Shown here: positions 51,532 through 63,600 of the stretch, one piece after another
Numbering within the stretch: the stretch's first letter is position 1
Layout of the letters: each line of letters begins with the position of its first letter
Source of the DNA: Piromyces finnis finn
Lineage: Eukaryota; Fungi; Neocallimastigomycota
Assembly: GCA_002104945.1 (NCBI GenBank)
Contig: MCFH01000015.1
Span: 620,001-684,000, forward strand
Length of the DNA: 64,000 nucleotides
Direction of reading: 5' to 3'
The notes under the pieces: model-generated
Told to the model about the DNA's origin: nothing
Databases searched by the model: none
The model's input: the letters and a program-made list of their open reading frames with translations, nothing else
Program-made: the position numbers and the translations under genes

Positions 51532-53577
51532 TCATTTACATACACCAAAGTTACTTTGACATCCAGCATCACAATATTGTGATGAAGTACCACAGTATCC
51601 ATAATATGAACAACAATATCCAGATTTACAACTACCATATCCTTTACCACATCTTGTATTACTACCATATACTACGGAACAATAACCATAGTTTATTTGA
51701 CAACCTTGACTGGTTTTACAATAGCTACTACTTGATTTATAGCAATAGCCATCATCAGAACAACATTTACTACTACCGCAGGATTTAAGTCCAGAATTTA
51801 TACCACATCCATAGTAGACATTATTCATCGAATAAACAATTTTTTTACCATTATTAACAAATAAATTCTTAGTATTGCTTGGTAAATTTGAAATTCTATC
51901 CTTTTGACCAATTTTTGTTAAATAATCAATCATAGTATTTGTATCAAAATACATTGTTGAATTTTCTGCCATAACTAAGGCTGAAACACCAGCAACAATT
52001 GGTGAAGAAAGAGAGGTACCACTACCAGTGTAGGAAACATCCTTACTATCTCTTGTACGGTAGGACAATTTAACTGTGTATGGGGCAAAGATATCAATAC
52101 CATTTCCATAATTAGATTTGTCTGCTCTTTTTAAACTGGAGGAAATGTCGTTTAATTCTTTGGAGGCTACACCTCCAACAGAAATGACATTATTTAATTG
52201 AGATGGCATATGGTATCGATCATTGGTAGTATCAGAAACTAAAGCATTATTATTACCAGCTGAAGCAACAAAAACGGCACCTTTATTGACCATTGAATTG
52301 ATTAATTCTTGTTGAGATTTAAAGTCTTCACATGCCTTTGAATTGTAAAAACCGCCATAGGAAAAGTTAAAAACTGATTTGTTGGACCTCATCTTATTAC
52401 TTTTAATGTAGGTTAATGCCGCATTGATATTTTCGGTACTATATTCCGTCATTTCTATACCATAGAGATTAGCATTTTTGGCAACACCATCATAAAGACC
52501 TCCAAGAATAGTAGCCACCTTTGTTCCATGATCATTACTGGAATTATTATTTAAACAAGTTTTACCGGAAATTGAACTTACTTTTCCCTTATCTACCTTA
52601 ATAAGACATCTCACCGTACGACTATCGGTATTTGAAAAGTTTGGATGATTAAAATTAAAACCATTGTCAAATATAAAAATGTCTATGCCTTTACCACCAC
52701 TCTTTGGATAATAATAATTTGTATCGTATTTACCAATAAGCTGACTATTATATTTACCTTGAGAAATTAAGGAAAGATGAAGTGGTGAACTGGCACTGAC
52801 ATTGACATCATTCCATTTTGTTTGACTGGTAATATCCGATGCTTTATAGTAGGTGGTACTACTATCCTCTGGCTGGAAAACCACTCTTTTTTCAAAACCA
52901 ATAATATTTGGGAGGGTTAATACGGTTTCAAGTAAGTTTCCAGTAAGATATGAAAAAAGAATAGTTTTTCCATTGACATTGGCAATTGGATAGACAAAAG
53001 AAGATTCACCATAATTTTCTAAATGATGCTTAGGATCTCTTTTTCTTAAATAACTATCGGATTGATTCAATTCTTCAAGAAGAGTGATATTCTGATAAGT
53101 ATCAAAATTACTAACAATTAAATTATGGATTTCAGATATAGCAGCTTCAGCATTACTACTAATGATCTGACGCTTTTTTTTCTTATAACTAATTTCATCG
53201 GAGGTATCATTGACATGAATTAAATAGTAATATTCTTCATATTTTGCTCTTAATGGATCGATAGGTCCATTATCATTCAATAATGGTTTCAATGGTTCCA
53301 TAGGGCCAATATCATTGAATGGTTCTAATGGTTCATTAATATTCAATGGTTCTATAGGACCAATATCATTGAATGGTTCCATAGGTTCATGATGATTTAA
53401 TGGTTCTATAGGTTCATGGTTATTTAATGGTCCTAATGGTTCATTAATATTCAATGGTTCCATAGGTTCATGATTATTTATTGGTTTTTCTTTTAAAGGT
53501 TCCTCAGTCTCTACACCAAAAACTGAATTAATTAAAAGAATTATAATAATACTTAATAATATACAAAAGTTTTTCAT
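51532..53577 (-). CDS. Secreted S8 subtilisin-like protease 6 with N-terminal 9-aa repeats and two hevein/CBM18 domains, 681 aa
   Basis: Motifs FIFDNG, DHGTKVAT, SAGNN and GTSLSSP. Two 8-Cys modules, the second canonical (CGKGYGSCKSGYCCSYYGYCGTSSQYCDAGCQSNFGVC). Confidence 0.94.
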   Translation of the reverse strand: MKNFCILLSIIIILLINSVFGVETEEPLKEKPINNHEPMEPLNINEPLGPLNNHEPIEPLNHHEPMEPFNDIGPIEPLNINEPLEPFNDIGPMEPLKPLLNDNGPIDPLRAKYEEYYYLIHVNDTSDEISYKKKKRQIISSNAEAAISEIHNLIVSNFDTYQNITLLEELNQSDSYLRKRDPKHHLENYGESSFVYPIANVNGKTILFSYLTGNLLETVLTLPNIIGFEKRVVFQPEDSSTTYYKASDITSQTKWNDVNVSASSPLHLSLISQGKYNSQLIGKYDTNYYYPKSGGKGIDIFIFDNGFNFNHPNFSNTDSRTVRCLIKVDKGKVSSISGKTCLNNNSSNDHGTKVATILGGLYDGVAKNANLYGIEMTEYSTENINAALTYIKSNKMRSNKSVFNFSYGGFYNSKACEDFKSQQELINSMVNKGAVFVASAGNNNALVSDTTNDRYHMPSQLNNVISVGGVASKELNDISSSLKRADKSNYGNGIDIFAPYTVKLSYRTRDSKDVSYTGSGTSLSSPIVAGVSALVMAENSTMYFDTNTMIDYLTKIGQKDRISNLPSNTKNLFVNNGKKIVYSMNNVYYGCGINSGLKSCGSSKCCSDDGYCYKSSSSYCKTSQGCQINYGYCSVVYGSNTRCGKGYGSCKSGYCCSYYGYCGTSSQYCDAGCQSNFGVCK

Positions 53578-54961
53578 TTTGTATAATTTTTCTTTATTTT
53601 TATAAATTAGTTTAATTTATATTTAAATAAGATTTTTGTTAATTAGTTAAATATTAATAATCTATATTAATATGTCACTTTTTTTTTTTCCTTCTTCTTC
53701 TTAAATAAAATAAATACAAATTTTCTATATATATATATATTATTCTTATTATTAATATTATATATATTTAATGTTTATACAATTAATATTTACAAAATTC
53801 CAATATTTTCATAAATATAAAATATCTAAAAAATATTTATATAATTATTGAAATTTTTCTTTTTTTATATTTATTTTATTATTTGGAGGTTTAAGGAAAA
53901 AAAAAAAAAACCAATTTAAAGAGAAATTCCAATTTATATATATATTCTCATTTTTCAAAAAAAAGTAATAATAATAATAATGAACAATATTTACGATTAT
54001 CCATTGACATTTTGAAACTTTTAATTAAAATGGCTTCACTTCAAATTATTATTAAATAAAATTAAATTAAAAAGAAAATTATCATTACTAAATAAATTAA
54101 AAAAGCATATTTTTTATGAAAAGAATAAACATAAACTTTATTTATTATTATTCTTTAAAGATGACGAATCATAAAATAAATTAAAATTTTATTTTAATGA
54201 TTCTATTATTACAATAATGAAAAAAAATATGACCTCAAATTTTAAAATCATTTAATATTATTTTGGAAATAATATAATAATATATTTTTTAATAATTGAT
54301 AGTTTAATTATATATGGTAGTATTCTTATTATAAGCAATTTTATCTTTAGAAATAAAAATATTCAACTATATTCCATCAAACTTTTCTTATGGTGTAAAT
54401 TAAAAAAAAAGTATGATATTTTTCTCAGTCATAATGAGTTAAACCTTGATTCTAATGATTTTAATTATATAGTATAAATTTTATTTTATTTTATTTAATT
54501 AAATTAAATTAAATATCATAATATGAAACATTTACATGGCATGTTTATCAAATATTTATAATAAATAAAATTTATAAATCTTGTCATATTTAATTTATAT
54601 GTAATATTATTATCATAATTTTTAATTAAATTGTTTTAGATAATATGTTGATCTGATATTTTATTTCTTTTTTTAAAAGATTAATAATTATAATAAAAAG
54701 ACAAATTACATTTTACTACATTTTTATACTTTTTTTTTATTATTAAATGTTATTAATATTAAACTGTATCAATACTATTCAATAGTATTATTTATTATTA
54801 TTATCTATTATTTATTATTCTATTCTTTTGTTATTATTATGATTATAATTAATTTAATTAAAAAATAAAAAAAAGAATTCATCTTTACTTTTTTTGGCGT
54901 TTTTGTACAATATTAAATTTATCTTTTTTTTATTAATAATTTAAATTTTAATAAGCTTTTT

Positions 54962-55001
<40 letters not shown>

Positions 55002-56128
55002 TCTGGTAAAAATTCTTTGACTATTCCTATATAAAAGTTTTTTTTTTTTTTTTTCAATATATATATTCTTTTATACATTTGTTTTTATATGGTTAATATC
55101 ATAAAATCATAAAATATAATAATTATATATGATATTAACAAATTATTCAAAATGTATTTATAATATTCATACTATAATGATACTATAAAAAAAAAAAAAA
55201 AAAAGAATCACGATATTCCATAGAAATCTACCTCCCCATCAAATGTTTCCATTTAATTACTATGGGAAGAAAAAAAAAATTACTATTATCTTTGTTTCAT
55301 CTTTTCATATAACTTTTTAAAACATTACTTAGCCTTTTTAATCCTAAATACCACACACATTGAAAACATTTATAATAAAAATTTTAAAAAGTACATTAAT
55401 TCATAAAATATATCTTTTATTTACATAAAACTTAAAATTATGCCTAGCTTAGTATACTTTTTTAATAAAATTACAAAACGTTTATGCTAACAACTATGAT
55501 TTAAATTGTTACGATGATAATAAAATTTTTACTAGAAATAATAAACCAAGAAATATTGAAACTGTTAGAAAAATAAATAATAAATGCCTTACTGATTGTT
55601 GGATTTAATGAATATCCTAGGTCGTTTTTTACCTATATTTTGAAAATGCTTGGTTAAGGATGTTTTTTTTTTTTAAGTCATAAAATTTAATAATAAAAAT
55701 CAATATATAAAAAAAATGAAAAGATTTAAAATATTTCATTTCATTCCAATGTATTTAGAGTTGTTAATAAATTCTTTTATTCTATTTATTTTATTTTGTT
55801 ATATATTTATTCTATAATGATCATAAGAAAGAAGGGGAAAAAAAAAACGGATTCTATATCTTTGTTTTTTTTTTTTTTTAAATATATCTAATTTATATTA
55901 AAATAATATTTAATATTTTATGTTCTATAATAGAATAAATAGTTCTATAAATGAAATAAAATAAAAAAAAGATATTTTTTTTATATATTATTTCATTTTA
56001 ATACATTATAAATAATAAATGTTTATTTAATGAAATATATATATACAACTATTATAATTTCCTTTTTTTTTTTTTCAAGATATAATTTTTTTTTTTTTTG
56101 GTAAAATAAAAAAGATAGGAATAGTTAT

Positions 56129-58081
56129 TTAATAGCATATACCATAATGCTCTTTACAGTCATTTTTTATTCTACATTTACTATTTAAATAATAATGACA
56201 TTTATTGTCACTACCACAACAATAAGGGAAGAAACATTTTGTATTTCCGGCTTGAGGACCACATCCAATATATTTATTATTACCGGAATAAACAATATGC
56301 TTACCGTTATTAAGAAGAAGATTTTTGGTATTAGATGGTACATTTTCAATTACATCTTGAAGTGCATTAGCATTTAAATAATTTTTCATTAGTGTATCTG
56401 TAAAATTAGTGCTTTTGTATTCACTCATGATGGTGGCTACGACACCAGCAGTTATAGCACAAGAATTAGATGTACCCAAGGTAGTTTCAGTTATATTTTT
56501 ACTTCCGTTATTATAGGTTACCGTGACACGATTTGGTGTAAGTATATCAACCTCGGGTCCACGACATGATGTATTATGGAAACTATATTCATTTGGATCA
56601 TTTTCATTAACATCCATTGAGCCTACACAAAGAGTATGATTTGAATAACATGGATAACTTTTTAACTTATTTTCTTCATCATTAACATCTGATTTGGAAT
56701 TACCTGCGGCAACCACAACAATTACTCCTTTTTGATTTAATTCATAAAGAACTTCATCTAATTTTTCAATGTGTAATAAATCATCTTCTTTTTCGGTAGA
56801 ATAGGCATTACCAATGGCCATTAAAATAACTGTTTTATAGGGTTCGGCATAATCCGTAAGTACAGCATTTAATGAACTGATAAGATTAATGGAAGTTAAT
56901 TTCATGGCAATAGTGTAAATATTAGATTTGGATGCAGAACCATTTATGGTCCCAGCAGCAATAGCTGCCATTTTTGTTCCATGTTGATTCGTTGGATCAA
57001 GATGACAGGTCAATGGATTAAAATCAATATTACCATTGGCAACATTTGCTATACACTTTATTTCACGATCTTCATTTAAAAATTGGGTATGGGTAAGGGT
57101 AAAAGATCGATCAATAACAATAATATTTATTCCTTCACCAGCGGTAGATGGATAATAATAATTGGTATCGTACATTCCAACTAAATTTTTATCAAATTTA
57201 CCTTGAGAGAGCGCTGAAAGGGAATAACTACCATTTTTCAGAGATACTTCTTCCCATTGAGTTTCTAATTTAATTTCATCAACGTTATAGTTATACGCCT
57301 CTAATTCAATATCTGGAGCACATCCTTCCACATTTGGAATGTTTTTTACGTTATTTGCTAGGTTTGGGTTAAGATAGGCACTAAGTAAAACTTCATTTTG
57401 TGTATTGGCTATTGGGAAAACAAAAGATGATTTACTAAATTCACTGAATTTATCTGTTTGTCTCTTTTTTAATGCATTTTCTTGTTTAAGTTCTTCTAAA
57501 GCTTCTGGATTTTTAAAGGTATCAATATTGGTCATAATTAATTCATTGATTTCATTAATAATGAAATTGACATCAATATCTTGACGCTTAACAATACCAT
57601 TTGAGGTGATCACCTCAACGGTCTTGCTAACAACGACTAAATAAAAACCATCGTTACTTGTATTATCGACTGCAGTATTATCATTTATTATACTATTATC
57701 TATTATACCATCATCATCTACAGTATTATCGACTGCAGTATTATCATTTATTATACTATTATCTATTATACCATCATCATCTACAGTATTATCGACTGCA
57801 GTATTATCATTTATTATACTATTATCTATTATACCATCATCATCTACAGTATTATCGACTGCAGTATTATCATTTATTATACTATTATCTATTATACCAT
57901 CATCATCATCTACAGTATTATCATCATTTAATGTACTATCATTTATAATATTATCATTTATTGTATAATTATTTATAGTATTGTCATTTACTGTATTATT
58001 ATTATCTGCATTGACCAAAGAAAAAAGAAAAATGAATAAAATTGGTATAAAAAAAAAGGTGAAATAATTTGAATTCTTCAT
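56129..58081 (-). CDS. Secreted S8 subtilisin-like protease 7 with N-terminal 21-aa acidic repeats and a degenerate hevein-like domain, 650 aa
   Basis: Motifs IVIDRSF, QHGTKMAA, AAGNS and GTSNSCA. Four 63-nt repeats at ~57661-57912. C-terminal 8-Cys module. Confidence 0.9.
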   Translation of the reverse strand: MKNSNYFTFFFIPILFIFLFSLVNADNNNTVNDNTINNYTINDNIINDSTLNDDNTVDDDDGIIDNSIINDNTAVDNTVDDDGIIDNSIINDNTAVDNTVDDDGIIDNSIINDNTAVDNTVDDDGIIDNSIINDNTAVDNTSNDGFYLVVVSKTVEVITSNGIVKRQDIDVNFIINEINELIMTNIDTFKNPEALEELKQENALKKRQTDKFSEFSKSSFVFPIANTQNEVLLSAYLNPNLANNVKNIPNVEGCAPDIELEAYNYNVDEIKLETQWEEVSLKNGSYSLSALSQGKFDKNLVGMYDTNYYYPSTAGEGINIIVIDRSFTLTHTQFLNEDREIKCIANVANGNIDFNPLTCHLDPTNQHGTKMAAIAAGTINGSASKSNIYTIAMKLTSINLISSLNAVLTDYAEPYKTVILMAIGNAYSTEKEDDLLHIEKLDEVLYELNQKGVIVVVAAGNSKSDVNDEENKLKSYPCYSNHTLCVGSMDVNENDPNEYSFHNTSCRGPEVDILTPNRVTVTYNNGSKNITETTLGTSNSCAITAGVVATIMSEYKSTNFTDTLMKNYLNANALQDVIENVPSNTKNLLLNNGKHIVYSGNNKYIGCGPQAGNTKCFFPYCCGSDNKCHYYLNSKCRIKNDCKEHYGICY

Positions 58082-60072
58082 TTTTAAATTATAATTGAAA
58101 TTCAGAAATTTATAGTTTTATAATATAAAAAAAGGTATTATATTTTTGAATTTACCATTGAATTATATTTTATATATAAAATATAACTAAATTTTTACTT
58201 TGAAATTTAGTTGTTGTTTTATTTTAAATCTAGATTTTATTGAAATTTTAAAGTGCCCTTTCTTTCTGACTAAAAAATTAATATTTTTTATATTAAATAA
58301 ATAAATATATTACATTATATTATAATTATATAAATAAATATATTTTTACTATTTTTTTACGATTTTACTATTTATTTCTTCCAATATCCGTTTTTTTATT
58401 GTTTCACAAAAATTGTACCACCCTAAATTTAATTTAATTTTTTTTAATTTTATTAGACTAAAATACTAAAAAACAAATATAGAATTAATCTATTTTAAAA
58501 CGAATTTTTCTATTAATTCTTCCCAGCAAAGGTAAAAATTCATAATCTAAAAATAAATCTTTGAGTAATAATAAAAAAAAAACGATTTGTTACTATTTCT
58601 ATTGCTATTATTAAAATAAATTTTATTTTGATTAAAACAATAAATAATAATAATAATAAAAAAATTATAAAGTATTTTTATTTTTTATTATTTTTTTATT
58701 TTTTTTTAATAATTTTTCCCAAAAAACGTTTTTTTTTAGTGTAACACAAACTTTGATTTTAATTTAATTTTTAAACCTACCGTTGATTCAATTTAAATTA
58801 AATTTTTTTAAAGTAAAAAAATTAAAAAGTGGGAATTTTCTTTCCATTATATAAGGAATAAGGAATAAGGAATAATGGTAATTTGTAATATTTCATAGAT
58901 AGAAAAGTGGTTTATTTTTACAATTCTTATAAATGTAATTTGATTTTGAATAATATATTGATGGTTTTAAACTTGAATGCTTTTATAAGCATTTGGTAAA
59001 AGAAATAAATTATGGACAAAAAAACTAAGACGATTATTAAGGGTTAGATAAATTAAAAAAGTATTTGAATTTGATGTATGAAAAATCTACTTTTTGAAAT
59101 AGGTAGGTTATAATATTAATAAAATTTTGACCTCTTAAACACTTAAATTCCTATGAGATTTGTTTTTAAGGTATTAATGATTTATACTACTAAACTAGCC
59201 TTTAATATCTATATAATGAAAATATATCTGTCCATACATATTCATTGAGTTTATTGATGGGAATGTAAATTTAGAAAATGACAAAAAATTAACATTTAAA
59301 TAGTTTAAAACTAATTTTTTTTTTACATCTTTTACAAGATGGGTTTTCATTATATTAAATTAGAAAGAATGTTTAACTAACATAATATTTTCTTTCTTAT
59401 TATTTTTATTGTTGTTTTGAGATTAGAAAGAAGTCCATTTACTAACATATACTTGAATTGATGATATGTAGTGTTTTATTTTTTTTTACAAAATAATATT
59501 GATTTCTAAAGGGAATCATATTCTGTCAAAAAAAAAAATATTGATATATAATAATTAAATAATAATAATATACTCTATGAATATCAAGTATTATTAAATC
59601 CTTTTCAAATAATGGAAAAACATTTTCAAGTTTTTTTCTGTTTTTTTTTTTTTTACAATAAAAAATAATAAAAATATAAATTTTAATCTCATCTAATTTT
59701 TATAAGTAAGATTAAAGTATTTGTTTTTTTTTTTTTAAAAAAAAATTAATAAATAATTATTATTATTATTAAATATTTATTTATTTATTAAATCCTTTCG
59801 TAGTTCATCATTTCATAATCATTTTCCTATCCTTCCATAGTTCTAATTCATCCCACTTTACATTTCAAATACTTTTTTCCATATTAATTAAAATTATAAT
59901 ATTTTATATTTTATAATTTTATACGTTTATATTATTATAGGAAAATTTTATTTTTAAACTTTTTTAAAATTTTATTTAAAATTAAATAATAAAGAGGCAT
60001 TTTAGTATTTTATTCCAAAAAAAAAAAAAAAAAAAACGAATGTCCCATTTTAATTACATAAATTTGGTATTA

Positions 60073-60365
<293 letters not shown>

Positions 60366-60670
60366 AGTGGTTAATTTTTAAAACTAATTTTAAAAATCTT
60401 ATTTATTTGTAATAACCTTTTTTTTTTTATAAAAGAATTTTAAAAAGAAAACTAAAAAATTATTTATTATTATTGATGATTAAAACCATAATTACATAAA
60501 TAAAAATAACTCTTTTTTTATATTTATATATTTTTAATTTTTTAATAATAAAATTTCTTATTTTTTTTATTTTTGTTAAAAAAGCTATTTCAAGAATAAA
60601 AGCTACTACTTCATAAGAATAGTTTTTTTTTATAAGAATAAAAAACAAAAATAAAATTAAATTTTAAAAA

Positions 60671-63600
60671 ATGAGAATACCACTTTCTTTATTTATTTTT
60701 CCTATTATGGATATAAAATCCATATGGGGAAGAAATATTCTAAATAGTAAACGTAAAACAATAATAGAGGAATGTAAATTTGTGAATGATTTACTTGAAA
60801 ATGATGAATCCTACGATTGTTGTTCAGTTTCCGGTATTAATTGTAATGATGATGGACATATTTTATCTATATTTCTGTAGGGATTTTTTTTAATGATCTT
60901 TTATTTTTATTTATTATTAAAAAAAAAAAAGAAACAAACAAATAATTAATATTTTTTTATCTATAAATATATTTATTGTTTTATTACTAAATATTAAATA
61001 TAATTAAAAAAAAAAAAAAGTGGAGATAATATAAAGAATTCTTCTATGCCTAATTCTTTTGGATTAATGCCTTTTTTGAATACCTTGTAATGAAAAAAAA
61101 TATTTATTTTTTATATATTTATTAAAAAATATTATTATTACTTTTTTTTTTTTTTTTTACTAAATATAACTATAATATTTTAAAAATAAAAGAAATATTA
61201 CCAACGGTGAATTAACTGGCTCAATACCTAAAGATATTGAAAATTTAAAAAATCTGGAATATTTGTAAATAAAAGAAAAAAAAATTATGATTATAAAATA
61301 TTAAAATAAGATTTCAATAAACCTCGTTATTTATTCCAATATTTATACTTGTTATTGTGTAAAATAGGGCTTTAGGAGATAATTATTTAACTGGTACTAT
61401 TCCCTCAGATATTGGAAAATTATCAAATTTAAAATATTTGTAAAATACTATGTTATTTAATTATTATATATAGTATCAGAAAAATATTAAGGATTAAAGA
61501 TTTAATATACCTTTTTTTTTTTTTATCCTTCATTTTTTTTAATTATATATTTTGATGGAAAAAATAGAAATTTAGAATATAATCAACTCACTGGTTCGAT
61601 TCCCTCAGAAATTGGAAATTTAAAAAATTTAGAATATTTGTAAAAAAAAAAAAAAATCATTATTTTAACTTTATATAGAATTGTTTTTAACTTTTTTTTT
61701 ATCCTATTCCATTATAGATACTGAATATTTTATATTTATTTTAATTATTATGTTTGATTAGGGGTTTACAAGTGAATCAATTAACAGATGTCATTCCTTC
61801 TGAACTTGGAAAATTAACCAATTTAAAATATTTGTAAAAAAATAAAAAACTTTATTAATTTCAAATATATACAGATAAATAAATTTTATTATATTAATTA
61901 TATATTTGTATATTTTATTATTTCCATTATTATATTAATAGAGATTTATACGAAAATCAATTAACAGGTTACATTCCTTCTGAAATTTGGAATTTAACAA
62001 CTCTAGAAGAATTGTAAGAATATATTTACTTTAAACGTATATATATACATTTAAATTATTTTTGATAAAATTTGCTTTTTTTTAGTATTACTATTTCTAA
62101 TTATTATTATTTTTACTGTTGCTATCATTTTGTTAATAGATATATCCCACATAATCAATTAATTGGTTATATTCCTACTGAAGTTGGAAATTTAACAAAT
62201 TTGAGAGTTTTGTAAATTTTTATTTCAAAATTTTAAATAGTTTTACATTTGTATACTTATTAAATATTGTGTTACCTTTTTTTTTTTTTTTTTCTTCAAC
62301 ATTATATGACTTTAGATATTTAGATGGTAATCATTTTGTTGGTTCTATTCCTTCTGAAATTGGAAAATTAAAAAACTTGAAAGAATTGTAAAATATATCT
62401 ATAATTTTAACTTTATTTCTTTTTGATTTTTTGTTTATTTTAAAATAAAAAAAAAGTTCTTGGACGTTTTTTATTCTTTATTTACATAGTTATAATTTAT
62501 AATTTCATTATAATAAAAATAGAGCTTTATATGGTAATCAACTTAATGGCACTATTCCTTCTGAAATTTGGAATTTAACAAATTTGGAAATTTTGTAAGA
62601 ATATATATTTATAAATGGATATATCGGTTAAACTAATTCTTTTACTAATAAATTTTAAAAAATTTTTTTATATAATAATAAATGATATATATAGGTATTT
62701 AGATAATAATCAATTCACTGGTTCCATCCCCTCTGAAATTGGGAAATTAACCAATTTAAAAGAATTGTAAAAATTTGACATTTAAAGATTGTTTTTTTTT
62801 TTTAAAAAAAAAAATAATTTATATTATTACTTTTGTTTACTTAATAATTATTTTATTAATAGATCTTTATATAATAATCAATTTAATGGCACTATTCCTT
62901 CTGAAATTTGGAATTTAACAAATTTGGAAATTTTGTATGAATATATATTTATAAATGGATATATCGGTTAAAATAATTCTTTTACTAATAAATTTTAAAA
63001 AATTGTTTTATATAATAATAAATGATATATATAGGTATTTAGATGGTAATCAATTCACTGGTTCCATCCCCTCTGAAATTGGGAAATTAACCAATTTAGA
63101 AGAATTGTAAAAATTTGACATTTAAAAATTGTTTTTTTTTTAAAAAATAATTTATATTACTACTTTTGTTTACTTAATAATTATTTTATTAATAGAATTT
63201 TATATGATAATCAATTCAATGGTACTATTCCTTCTGAGATTTGGAATTTAACAAAATTACAATATTTGTATGAATATATATTTATAAATGGATATATCAG
63301 TTAAAATAATTATTTTACTAATAAATTTTAAAAAATTATTTTATATAATAATAAATGATATATATAGGTATTTAGATGGTAATCAATTCACTGGTTCCAT
63401 CCCCTCTGAAATTGGGAAATTAACCAATTTAGAAGAATTGTAAAAATTATGATTTAATTTCAAAAAAAAAAAAAAAATACGCTATCATTATATATTTATT
63501 TATATATTTATCATCTTTTTCTTTTTATAATTATTATATTAATAGACACTTAGGAAGTAATCAATTCACTGGTTCCATCCCCTCTGAAATTGGGAAATTA

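Noticed and set aside
55480-55610. Stop-free frame LQNVYANNYDLNCYDDNK...KCLTDCWI
   Set aside because: About 45 codons with no start or splice context and no recognisable motif; it may be a decayed fragment.
62789-62971. 60-aa ORF within the LRR gene
   Set aside because: Intron sequence read into one LRR exon; explained by the spliced model.
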